Shown here piece after piece: positions 14,670 to 26,799 of a DNA stretch of 64,000 bases. Source of the DNA: the human T2T-CHM13v2.0 reference genome, Homo sapiens; NCBI RefSeq assembly GCF_009914755.1, contig NC_060932.1. One strand, 5' to 3'. The notes beneath the pieces are model-generated. The model searched no databases. It saw only the letters and a program-made list of their open reading frames with translations, and had not been told where the DNA came from. Positions within the stretch are counted from its first letter, which is position 1; the number at the start of each line of letters is the position of its first letter. The translations under genes were made by a program, and so were the position numbers.

Positions 14670-17062
14670 GATTTTTAATATTTATATTATGATCATTGTA
14701 AATACACATACAGTCGTAAGAAACAGCACTCTTCATTCAGTCTCAACATCCTGCATAAACCACAGTACATTGTAAGCAGGTAATTGACATTGATAAAATT
14801 GTTTAACCATATTTAGATTTTTCTAATTACATGCTCTCCTTTGTGTGTGTTTGGATGTGGATTTGTAGGAGAATTTATCACATGTGTAGATTCATGTGAC
14901 CATAACCAGAGTCAAAATATAGAACAGTTCCATCGTCACAAGGATCCTTCTTCTTGTTCTTTTCTAACCACCACTTCCCCACTTCTCTCCTACTCCATAA
15001 CTCCCCATCCTTAATACCTGTAAACCAAAATAGCTTCCTTTCCCCATAATTTTGTCAATCAAGGATGTTATACAAATGGCATCACAGAGTATGCGAATTT
15101 GGAGGATTGACATTTTTTCTTAAAAAAGCTTTCTTCTTCCTTTGAAGTATCTTTACAGCTCTGTCAAAAATTAGACATGCTTGTGTGCATTTATTTCTGG
15201 TCTCTCTATTCTAATCCACTAATCTCTTCAGCTATGCCACACTGTCTTGATTACTGTGGCCATGTAACAATTTAAGTTCCCAGATATGTTGTCTAAGTTG
15301 TTTGGTATATCTACAGTTTCTTTCTTTTTATTGTTGAGTCACATTTCATGGTATGCTTGTACCAATGTTTGTTTAACCATTCACTTACTAAAGGGCAGCG
15401 GACTTGTTTCCCGTTTTTGCTTATTATGAATAAGAGTGCTACGAGTATTTATGTACAGTTTTTGTGTGAACGTAAGTTTTTATTTCTTTCTGATAAATGC
15501 CCAGAAGTGAAATCATTGGGTCTACGCTAGCTGCATGTTTAGGTTTTAATAACTTACCCCAATTTTTTGATGATGGCTATACTACTTAAAATTATGACCT
15601 GAACAGTTTGAGCAAAGTGTGAGTCATCTAGTTTCAGTGCATCCTTGACAACAGTTGATGCTGTGATTGTTTTCTCATTTTAGCCATTCTGATAAGTATG
15701 TAATATTAATGTATGATTTTAAGTTGTATTTCCACAATGGCTAATGAAGATTACCACAGGTTCATGTACTTATTTTCCGTCTGTACAGCCTCTTTAATGA
15801 AATGTGTCTTTGTGTTTTACCCATTTTCTAACTGAATCATTTTCTTATTTAATTGTTTTTTCTGTTCAGTTTTGTGAGGTGTGCATATATATTCTAGGCA
15901 CAGGTCCACTGTTGGATATATGTTTAGCAAATACTTTATCCCTGTCTATAAACTTGTATTTTCATCCTCTTAACATGGTTTTTTGCAAAGTAGAAGTATT
16001 AACCTTGATGTGCTCCAGTTTTTTGTTTTTATTTTTATTTTTTATTTTATGGGTTGTGGTTTTGGTGTCAAATATAAAAAGTCTTTACAAAGTTGTGGAG
16101 CCCTAATATTTTTATATATTTTAATAAAATTAAATTATATTTTAACATTTAAATTTGTGATCTATTTTGAGTTAATTTTTTATTTAAAATATAACGTTTA
16201 AGTCAAAGTTCTATGTTTTTACCCAATACCTGTACTAATGCTCCATCACCATTTGCTGAAAAGGCTATTCTTCCTCCCTCAAATTACCTTTGTGCCTCCT
16301 TCAAAACTTAGCTTGGACATATTTGTGTGGGTCTACTACTAGGTTTTTATTCTGTTTTGTTGATTTTTTTTTCTGTTCCTCCACCAATACCACACTGGTG
16401 TGATTGCTGACTCTATACTATACCTTAATTTTTAGCAGAGTAAATCATCCCAATTTTTTCTTCTTTTAAAATATTTTTATAGCCTGGGTGACAGAGCAAG
16501 ACTCTGTCACTAATGTAGGGCTTGTGCCTTTCTATATTAAATTTTATAATGAACTTGTCTCTCTACAAAAAAACCTTACTGGGAGTTTGATAAGGATTGC
16601 CTTAAACCTCTGGATTAATTTGGAGATAATGAACATCTCTACTATGTTGAGCATAGTATATCTTTGATTTCTTGCCTCAGATTTTGTATTTTTAATACAT
16701 AGATTCTATATATTTTGTGAAGATTTTATCTAGCTACATAATTTACTTTGGCACAACTGCAAATTATATTGGGTTTTTAATTTTGGTTTGTACAAGTTCC
16801 TTGTGGTACACAGAAATTCAATTGATTTTTGTGTGTTGATCTTGTATTCTACAACCTTGCCCAATTCACTAATCAATTCTATGAGTTTTCAAAGATAATT
16901 TAGGATTTTCTATGGTTATTATGCATCATCTATGAACAGAGATAATTTTATTTATTCCTTTCAAGTTACTGTGCCTTTTATTCTTCTGTCTTGCCTTATT
17001 GCACTGGCTATATTGAGTAAAATCATTTAGAGTTGGTATCCTTGCCTTGTTCCTGAAATTTA
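14670..17062 (-). mobile_element. L1MC/L1MD-type 3' end plus ORF2 fragment
   Basis: Reverse 3' UTR (catgtgtagattcatgtgacc, agaacagttccatcgtcacaagg) followed by reverse ORF2 (ttagccattctgataag, ccatcaccatttgctgaaaagg, atccttgccttgttcctga). Confidence 0.8.
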
Positions 17063-17278
17063 GAGTGATAGAGTCTAGATACAGACTGCTAAGACAATTG
17101 GGATTTTCTACAAAAAAAAAAAAAAAAAAAAGAGAGAGAAATATCTCATTCGTCACCCGTACAAACACAAAAATATCAGTTTTCAATGAATCTAGAGTTT
17201 TAATATGAAGAGGGACATATGCCAATTTTAAAAGAAAATACAAAGAGACAATTATATGACCTTAAGGTAGCAGACCGT

Positions 17279-17545
17279 TTTTTTCATTCTATTAGAATAT
17301 ACATAACATAAAATTTACTATGGTAATCATTTTTAAGTATACATTTTAGAGGTGTCACATAAATTAACATTATTGTGCAACCAAATCTCAAGAACCATTT
17401 TCATCTTGCAACACTGAAATTCTAGGCCCATTAATTAACAACTCCCTTTTTCCCCTCTCCTATGCCCTGGAAACCACCATTCACATGTCTCTCTGTCTGA
17501 ATTTGACTATAGGTACCTCATATAAGGTGAATCATGCAACAATGG
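17279..17545 (-). mobile_element. L1MB-type 3' end fragment
   Basis: atacataacataaaatttac...ttgtgcaacc...tttcatcttgcaacactgaaattct...ggtacctcatataag. Confidence 0.8.
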
Positions 17546-17942
17546 CTTTTTAAAATACTGTACAAAGCACAGAAGATAAAAGATATATAAAATGGATGCA
17601 CCAAACTATAAACTTCAAAAATACCATAACATAATGGAAAATTAAGCCATTAACTTGGATAAGACAAGTTTAATATGTAACAGAAACATAGGACTACTCT
17701 CCAGAAAATATATAAGAAATCCTCTGAATCAAATAACTGAAAGAACAACTTAATAGAAAAGTGGGAAGATTCACAGAAAAGAAAACATGAACAACCAATG
17801 CACATTTTGAACAATATTAGTTCTATTTCATAAATATTAGCATTAAAATCACAGTGCAATGCCATTTCAGATCTACTAGTTGACAGGATTCAAACAAACA
17901 CTGACAATATGTTGCTGAAGATTTGGAGTAAAGGCATTTCTT

Positions 17943-18094
17943 TTTTTTTTTTTAATTATACTTTAAGTTCTAGGGTACATGTGCACAAAGTGCAGGTTTG
18001 TTACATACGTATACATGTGCCATGTTGGTTTCCTCCATGTGGGAACTGAACAAGGAGAACACTTGGACACAGGGCGGGGAACATCACACACCGG
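17943..18094 (-). mobile_element. Miniature 5'-inverted (twin-primed) L1PA insertion
   Basis: Poly(T) plus reverse L1PA 3' terminus (17943-18031) joined to sense L1PA 3'UTR gtgggaactgaacaaggagaacacttggacacagggcggggaacatcacacaccgg; TSD GGCATTTCTT at 17933-17942 and 18095-18104. Confidence 0.92.
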
Positions 18095-19741
18095 GGCATT
18101 TCTTATCCATTGCTGGTGGAACTGTAAATCAGATTAATCACTTTGAAAAACAGCTGTATTTACCTATTAAAGTCAACTAGAACCCTGTAATTTTATTCTT
18201 CTGTATATTCTCTAGAAAAACCCCTGCCTATATGTTTCACATGGCATATATTAAGATTATCTAAATAACATTTTTTTGTAAATCATGAATGTACCTCAAC
18301 AATAGAATGCATAAAATATTTATTAGCAGATATTATGGGCATATTATATATGATATATCTCAAAAACAACTTCGGTAGGATTTCTAAAAGTACATCATGG
18401 AATATGTACAGTTTTATTCAATTTATATAAATGTCTGTCATTAATTCACGAAAACAAAAGTGTTAATTTTAGGAATACATATATTAGGTAAAATTTTAGA
18501 AAAATGTTTAATGATAAACTCTGGCTAGATTAGGTATAAGAAAGAAGGGAACAGGGTATGTTTTGAGAGGGATTCCTTGGGTGATAGTAAGTAAAATATA
18601 AATATTGTGTATTTTGAGATGAATGATTATTGTCTTATTATTATTTCATACATTCATTTTTGCATTCATCATCACTTGTTTTATAGATAATACATTAAAA
18701 TATTAAGATAAATCATTAATATGGTCTAAACATTTAAGATAAAATGTTAAATTTAGCATGGGCCACTTTCATTTTCAAACAACTTCTTCTATTACAGTAA
18801 CATAGGTGAGACAATGAAATAACTTTATTGCTTATTCATATAATATGTACTGTTTCACAGAATTTAAATGTATTTATTCCATGAAGATGAAGATTTTCTC
18901 ATTTTATTCATTATTATAGTTGCTATCTTGAAGAGTCCCTCGAGTAGAGTAAATGCTTTATTTCTTTTTGTATGATAGAGTCTTGTACTAACTGCTTCTA
19001 ATGAAATAAATGAATGAAATATATAGTGGTGCACTATGTTATACCTGCATTCAGCTATTTAGAATCTAATAAGTACATCAAAAAGCACACATTTTCTTAT
19101 ATTTCTCAAGAGTAGTTGCCAGCATTTATACATCTTTACTTTCCCTCCTAAGTTCTCAACACGTTAGTGATTAGATGGGAAGGATTGAACAAATAATAGA
19201 ATAACTTCTAATAAAATATATTGAATCTAACATGAAAGGATTATGTATTTATGCACCAAGTATATTTCCAGAGTATTTATTTTAATAAAAAGATTAGAAA
19301 TATAAACAATATTTTTAATGTTTCAGAAATCCATGTTTATATGTGGAGATTGCCTTAAAATGAATATAAGTTTTATAAAAACTAATTGATTTCATTCCTG
19401 AGTGTTACATTATATTAGAAAGGGTATAACCAAAGTGATTTATAACATTAATTTTTGCTACACAAGGCAGTATAAGTACTTTCTTTTAAAAAATTATATA
19501 TTATACATTCTAATGAGAAACAGTTCATTGTATAATTTTAATTTTTTATTTGATGAGTAAAGGTGTGTAATGATTCAAAGGGAAACCTTAAATTTTTAAA
19601 GGTGAAAAATTCACCTATCATTGTACTCAGTATAATTCTTTGACATTAAATTTCACCAATCTTCTTTTCCATTTACTTTATGTAAGTCTTTGAATGATGT
19701 CGTGCTCCAATATAGGAAATAACATTGTCAACTTTACCCAG

Positions 19742-19759
19742 AGTGCCATCTAATGGCAG
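19742..19759 (-). promoter_or_regulatory. Candidate CTCF-like motif
   Basis: Minus strand ctgCCATTAGATGGCACt is one mismatch from the common CTCF core variant CCACTAGATGGCAC; motif match only. Confidence 0.3.
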
Positions 19760-20149
19760 TGTTGTGTTGTCTCAAATTAAATCAATTTAAATATGCTACC
19801 TTGCATAACTATTTTCAACTTAAAAGAAGTAAATCAAACATTACATATTATTTTGTCTTTTCTAGTTTCTTGTAAGAGGGATATGAAGTGAAGCAACTAT
19901 ATTAAGAATAAGAAGAAAAAAATTCAAAACAAAGGAAAGGCACAATGTATAGCAGGACATTGCAAAGCTGTGGATTCATGTGACAGTGCAGAAGGAAGCC
20001 TATTTATGTGTGCATGAACTGTGAACAAAAATTTCAAGTTGAGAGGCATAGAAGCAGAGTTAATGATAGACAAGCATTTGGCACAATAATTTGAGAGGAA
20101 ACAAGATAGAGAAAACAAATACTCTACGAAAAGTCTTACAGTCTTGATT

Positions 20150-20335
20150 ATTATTTAGCCTTTATCATTAGTTAGTTGCAAAACCTTGGGGAAATACCCA
20201 ATCTGGCTCATCTGTGCCCTTATGTGTATAATGACAATAATGATATTTTTTCTAACCCATACTGGGCATATTATAATGAGAAAAAAAAGGAAAACACTTT
20301 GCATAACTTAAAGTTATATAAATATGAGATTATTG
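20150..20335 (+). mobile_element. MIR fragment
   Basis: accttggggaaat...catctgtgcccttatgtgtataatgacaataatgata...gaaaacactttgcataacttaaag. Confidence 0.5.
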
Positions 20336-23300
20336 TGAGATAAAATCAGTTTATAAGGAAAGTATTGTGGAACATACAGTAATCAGCCTATTATGCAAGA
20401 GACTTTAGACAATTTGTGTATATGGCAAGCTACAAGGAACTCTCTTTTAACAACAGGCATGTCTTTGGCTTTAGATACCTTTTTTGCATTGCATTTCTTA
20501 GTGTGTATATTTGTTTACCTAGCTTTATTATTCTTATGAAATTATAAATACTGATGAGAGGCACTATTAATTCTCATATATTTGAATTTAATATTATTTT
20601 AGGAGACATAAAACTAAGCTTAGATTTGGCAGCATAACCTGTCATAATATCTCCAACAGGCAAATTTTGCTTTCTCTCTTCTCTCTTTTATTTCCATGTA
20701 GAGTTGTATGACAAATTAAATAAATGTAATATGCCAATTATTTGTATACATGGATCAACGTGGTTTGCTTTTAACACTTTTGAATGGAAATGGTTGTGTA
20801 TCATATAATGCAAGTAATTTCAATACATATATTTCCTCCGGGCTATCATGTATCCCTTTAAATTAGGGTTGGTTCAGAGCTTTTCTCAGACAGTCGTTGC
20901 TTAAGACCAATCAAGAAACATCTTCACCAACCACCATTTAAAAGTTTGCTATAACTCAAGAGATCCTCATTTTGTCAAAATCTTATGTATGACTCCTCCA
21001 AGTATTGATTCATAAAGCCAGTCTCCTATCTCCCTGAATTTACAAGGATCTGCCTAACTGGCCTGAAGACAAAAGTAGAGAGGAATCTCTTCTTTACTAA
21101 CACTTACTAAGACTTTGATTATAATTTAACTGAATTTTAAGTAAACTTGTGGGCACTTAATTTATTATTTAGTTGTTTTGTTTAATAATTATAGGTTTTA
21201 TTTAATAAGGAGTTGACTATAAGGAATTACCTTCTAAATATAATAAAACATTTAACAGATATATACAAATGTTAGTGTTCTAAGTTTGAAAAGGCTTACC
21301 CACATCTATATGTCTAATTTCCTGAACCAATTCTAAGAAAAGATGAGCTTATGATAAGGAAAAACAGAAAATTAAGAACAATTGACAAATGGTTCATTGT
21401 CAATTTGTCAACAAATTGTTCTTCGTCAATCTGTCAAATCCTATCCTAATTTTCCAGAGCAATAATTAATTTAATGATCATGAAGACGTTGTGGTGAAGA
21501 GTCTAGCTTTTACAGATTTTCTAAAATATAACTTTAAAAATAGTCTATAGGCCCACTCTTAATCAATTACATAATATTTTTGTAGTTAATAAGATATTAA
21601 TTTAAAATTCCAAGGAAGTCTGATTGCAAAGGAAAGTATACATTTATGCATAGTACACAATAGTAATAAAGTATTTACTTATGTACACAATAGTAAAAAA
21701 AAGTTAAAGTACATTGATTTTTCATTATATAAAAACTTATTCTCAGTAACAGAGAAACATTTTTTCAAGGTTGAGAGCAATAACAAATGGTAGCCAGCGT
21801 ATAGATATACATCACCATGTTCAAAAAGTATGTGAGAAAGGAAATTACCATTCAGGAATTCCTATACATATATATATGTGTAAGGACAACTTCCAAGGAC
21901 AATAACAAAAACAACAACAAAAAGAGTCCAATGGAGAGGCAGAGGCAGCAATATAGTTTACAAGTGAGGAAATATTATCTGAAATGCAGATAATGAATGA
22001 ATGGATTGCAGATCAGGCACCATTGCGTAAGGTAGCTAAAATACAATATTCATCACACATAAGCTCTAAACACTCTATTTTTATGATGTTAGATACCAAA
22101 AAGGCCACTCTTTATGATGATTCATACAGCCTTCTACAATGATAGTGATATAATCACTTAAGAATCCACCATTCTTTTCACTAAGGAATCACAAAGAATA
22201 AATGACACTGAGAGGTCATCTGTTCCCTCTCCCTCACCGCTGAGCAAGACCACACGTAAGCAATTCTAGACAAGAATATTTGGTTCTAAAATTGGAAGTT
22301 AAAAATACAGGGTGTGATAAATATTACCAATCTCATCTGACATTTGGAGTAGAAACATTTTTTTCTTTTACCCTTTCCCAAGTTACAATGGCATAAAAAA
22401 TTATCATACAAGTGAAAGTGGAATGGAATGTAGATAGTTTAAAATGTAATTTGAAAATGAAAAAGTAAAACTTTTTCACTTAATTTATATCAAATTATTC
22501 TTAGGCTAAAAAATGTTTTCAATATCTATAGGGTACAATAAACCAGGTATTACTTGGGAAAAAAAGAGGAGAGTACCATAAAATAATGATTGTATCTCCC
22601 TTTCCAATTGTTCCTCAAAACTACAATCTGTATGTGAAAGCTAAGAAATAAGCCAAATAAATAAATAATTGAAAATTTCTACAAATTAAAATTAACATGT
22701 AATTTTCCCAAAAGAATAAGACATAGTTGAAAAATTATTTGTCTGAGTCAGGAGGTTTAAAATATTGTAGTAGCTATTCTACAGATTTACATGATTAGCA
22801 TTGGATATATCAGTTCAGTTTGGCGGAACAGCATTTTTTCTAAAATACATGGAATGTACTGAATATTATTTAAGATGAAATCCTAATATGATTTGCAGAT
22901 ATATCAGTAATTTTTAGACAGGATTATCAAAATTCCACTGAAATAATCAGGAAGAGATAAATCTGTGGACTTTTGACTTATCCAAGTTTTTGAGTTGATA
23001 GAATAAATATTAAACATCTTGAGTTTTGAACAGAATGTATCAGCTAGCAATAATAAAAATATCATCTTTAATACTTACAAATTTTAAGTTGAAAGATGTA
23101 TTTTAATGTGAGAAACAAACTGTATTTGGTTACTGCCTATAGTCCAAAAAATCTGGAATGCCCTACTGGAGTCAAACTTAGTAGTGCAGAGTAAATCCAC
23201 TTGTTCAGGTAATTGACTCGTATTAGTCATGGTGAAGAGGTAGGAGAAGTAGTAAATTTCCTCCAATAAGTTCCTTTAGAAGACAATTTGCACTCAATTG

Positions 23301-23929
23301 AGAAAATTAGATGAATGTCTATTGTTGGCCAATCTAATTTAGTAGCTTGCTCAGTGACAGGAATAAATGGCAGAATAAAGGCCAATAGTGTTTCCCTACC
23401 TCATGTAAAGAAAAGACATGAGGAGGAAGCAGTCCTTTCAATTTAACATAAAGACTGTATTAATTCAACTTACTCTATCAAACGTTAATGAGTGTATCAT
23501 TGCAAGACAATATATAAAAGACTGATGTAAAAATATTCAAAATATCAAATAATTGTGCTTTTTGGAAGTTTGGGAAAATAATTGTTAAATAATTCAAAAA
23601 TAGGAATTTAAAAGATTAAAACATGTAGAGAAAATATGTTAAAGAAGAAAATGTGGATATGATGGGGGTGGAAATGCGGGAATAAAGAATATGTTAATTT
23701 ATGGCTTTAGGCCCTACTTTATAGCTGTGATAATTTTTATAGTAATACTAAGAAAATCAAATAAAATGTTTTTCTCCTTTGGCCAAGATGGGGAATAGTT
23801 ATATGGTTTGTATTTCTGCCTAAAGTAACTAAATTTTTTGGAAAAAAATATATTATATACTTTATTATATATCTATAATATCTATAATATATAATATAAT
23901 ATATATCTGTAATACATATTACATTAATG

Positions 23930-25720
23930 AACATCATACAATGAAAAACTATGATTCCTAAGAAATGGTAAGAAAATGAAGTGAGCTTTACCATTGCCCA
24001 AACTCACTGCACAGAGACAGTATTCAAGATATGGGATAAGGAATGATGAAATAGGCAGAGCCTAAAAGAACCTTTGAATTAAGGGGATAGAATTTAATGT
24101 CCAAGGGGGAAAAAATGATTAGCATTTGCAGTCAAAGTACCCAAGTGAGACAACTATGGACACTTCTAGAAGGTTTTCCTGTGTCTGGAACAGGGAAGGC
24201 ATGTGGAAAAACTGCCTAATATCAGGTAAAAAATTACAAAAAAGAATTAGAGAGAATAATCCCCAAAGATATAGAAACTGTGTTATATTTTAGACCAATG
24301 CACAAAACCTCATCATTGACAGGGCTTTGAGTGCAGTACTAAAAGTGTTTTGCCTTGGTGAGGGGAGCATAAAATTCAACAAAAATTAAACAATTTCTGG
24401 TCCTGTTTATCAAAGATCAAACTGCTTCAAATTTATTTAACCATGTTTCACAAGAAAAGAAAAATATTTATAGGAGGAGAAAAATATCCCATTTCAAACT
24501 AAGTAAAATTCACAATGTTTGGCATTCAAAATTTAATGGCATAAACAATCAGATAAAAAAGATCCAAAGTGATGAGATAAAGCAATCAATAAAACCCAAT
24601 CTAGAAATGACATATATGATACAATTAATAGGCAATGATATTGAAAGAGATGTCATAATTCTATTTCCTTTGTTTGTGAAACTAGTAAAACTATTTAATA
24701 TATAATTAACAATGTGGATGATAGAAAAAAATGTCCAAATCAAACTGCTAGGGATAAAATTACAATGTCTTACATGAAATATAACCGAATGAAATCAAGA
24801 ACAGATTAGACATTGCAGAAGACAAGATTGGTAAACCTGAAGACATATGAATAGACATTATCTATAATAAAACAAACAAACAAATGAAAAAGACTAAAAA
24901 ACTCCACATAAATAAGGAGTTGTGTCATAGTTTAAAATAGTATTACATAGGTGTAGTTGGATCACCAAAGGTAATGGATTAGAAAAAATAAAAGTTAAAA
25001 TTGAAAAAGTAATGGCTAAGACATTCCTCTCAAAAACTCAGATTAGTGATAAGGAAACCCAGATTCATGTGGTTTTCCTCTCAAAACCCAGATTAGTGAT
25101 AAGTAAAAGATCAGAGAAATTTCTAAACAGGACGTTCAACAAAATAGTAGACTAATAATCAATTAAATGACCAATGAAAATGTCCAAAGCACTGGATGGA
25201 TAGAACAGAAATCGATAATTACCGAGAAAGAGAGAGAGAGAGAGTAATTTTATAAACATTCCAAGCCCACAGGCCAAAGAAGTCCAAAGATTCCTATATG
25301 CAAAATATATAGAAAAATTACATGTAGGCATATGATAAACTAAGCCTCAAAAGTAGGGATAAAGAGAAAATCTTCAAAACAGGAAGAGGAAAAAGATCGA
25401 TTTTATACAGAGGAAAAAACCTAATTATGACAGCAGAATTTTTTTTAAGCAAATGGGAACAAGAATGCAAATTCTCTCAACTTCTGATTGGAAACATAAA
25501 TGTTAAACTAAAATTCTGCATTCAGTAAAAACATCCTATGAAAGTGAAGGTAAGATTAATATACTTCTAGTTTTACAAAAGCTGAAAACAGTTATCAGCT
25601 GACTCGCATTTGAAGAAAGAACATAGTTCAGGCAGGAGAGAAGTAATGCCGGAGGGAATATGAAACCATACAAAAGAAAATAGAACAGAAGAAATGGCAG
25701 CTGGTAATCACTTAGAAGTT
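23930..25720 (+). mobile_element. Old L1M 5' region / ORF1 remnant
   Basis: ORF1-like cagattagacattgcagaagacaagattggtaaacctgaagacata and aaaattctgcattcagtaaaaacatcctatgaaagtgaagg. Confidence 0.65.
25024..25251 (+). repeat. Dispersed duplicate (copy A) of 26473-26714
   Basis: About 200 nt unique part with ~14 substitutions (manual count) plus shared (GA)n; offset 1449 bp. Confidence 0.95.
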
Positions 25721-26670
25721 CAGAGGATCCCAGAAATGAATGCAGACTGTGCTAAGACAATCTAACTTTATTAAAAATATATGAAATAACAGAGTAAAAG
25801 AAGTTGTGGAAATATATTGATTTAAGTCACTTTGGAAATGAGTGGAATCTGTAAGATTAAAGGCAAAAGGAACTCCACATAAACACTGTACTCTAGTTGA
25901 TAAAGTTGTTTACTACAGGACTATGGGTTAACAGTTTGCATATTGTTATTCATATATTCTGAAATTGAACAACTATATAAATGAATGGTGAGGGCTAGGA
26001 ACCAGTTTGTATTTTGGAGTAGAAATTTACAGATAAACTAGCAAAGGAGGCTAGAATAATCCATGTGGCAGTAGATTATAATTGGAAACATTACCATGAA
26101 CTTAGGTTTAGCTTAACATAGACATAGATGTTAAATATATAAATATTTATAGGTATGTGTCTCCACAGGTTAGTAAACATATGCACATGTCCTTTTCCTG
26201 TCAGCTGGGAGGGCCCAGAAACAATTTTCTTCCCAGTAGCAATGAGCAAACCTAGCATCCATATCTTGGGTTCTAGTATCAATTTTTTGCAATGAAAGGA
26301 ACAAGGGCCCCTAGGAGAAATGGACATTTCTAGGAATCAGGGAGGATATACATGAGACGAACCTGGAGAAGCATATTGTAGTGATCAAGGTCAGTATCTA
26401 TAGGGATAAATCATGTAGATAGTATATACCTTTGATAGGATGAGATAAAAATGGCACTTTACCTCTGTGGTCTTCCTCTCAAAAACCCAGATTAGTGATA
26501 AGGAAACCCAGATTCGTGTGGTTTTCCTCTCAAAACCTAGATTAGTGATAAGAAAAACATCAGAGAAATTTCTAAACAGGACATTCATCAAAATACTTGA
26601 CTAATAATCAATTAAGTGACCAATGAAAATGTCTAAAGCACTAGATGGATAGAACAGAAATCGATAATAG

Positions 26671-26708
<38 letters not shown>

Positions 26709-26760
26709 AATTTTGCAGTTTTTCTGTATGTAAAAATGGGTTCTAAAATAAAGTTTTAAA
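25720..26760 (+). mobile_element. L1MC-type 3' UTR
   Basis: gaggatcccagaaatgaatgcagactgtg, cactgtactctagttgataaagttg, cccagtagcaatgagcaaacctagcatcca, aaaatggcactttacctctgtggtcttcc. Confidence 0.75.
26473..26714 (+). repeat. Dispersed duplicate (copy B, native L1MC context) with (GA)n microsatellite
   Basis: Matches 25024-25251; internal repeat of ttcctctcaaaa(a)cc(c/t)agattagtgataag; (GA)n at ~26673-26706. Confidence 0.95.
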
Positions 26761-26799
26761 TGTAAAATAATATAATACTATTTATGGTAACAAAAATAT

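Larger units (their letters stand above)
17080..18700 (+). mobile_element. Decayed L1ME ORF2 end / 3' region (host of two later L1 insertions)
   Basis: Collinear L1 motifs on both sides of the inserts (atagaaaagtgggaag, cttatccattgctggtggaactgtaaat, cactttgaaaaacag). Confidence 0.6.

Noticed and set aside
20830-21085. Minus-strand exon after a strong acceptor-like tract (ttcctctctacttttgtcttcag, ~21063-21085)
   Set aside because: Stops in all three frames and no clear matching donor; an isolated splice-like motif is expected by chance.
25024-25105. Repeat-spacer-repeat pattern resembling a CRISPR array (also 26473-26552 and 1697-1756)
   Set aside because: Only two units each, inside eukaryotic L1 or unique DNA, with no cas genes; simple slippage duplications.
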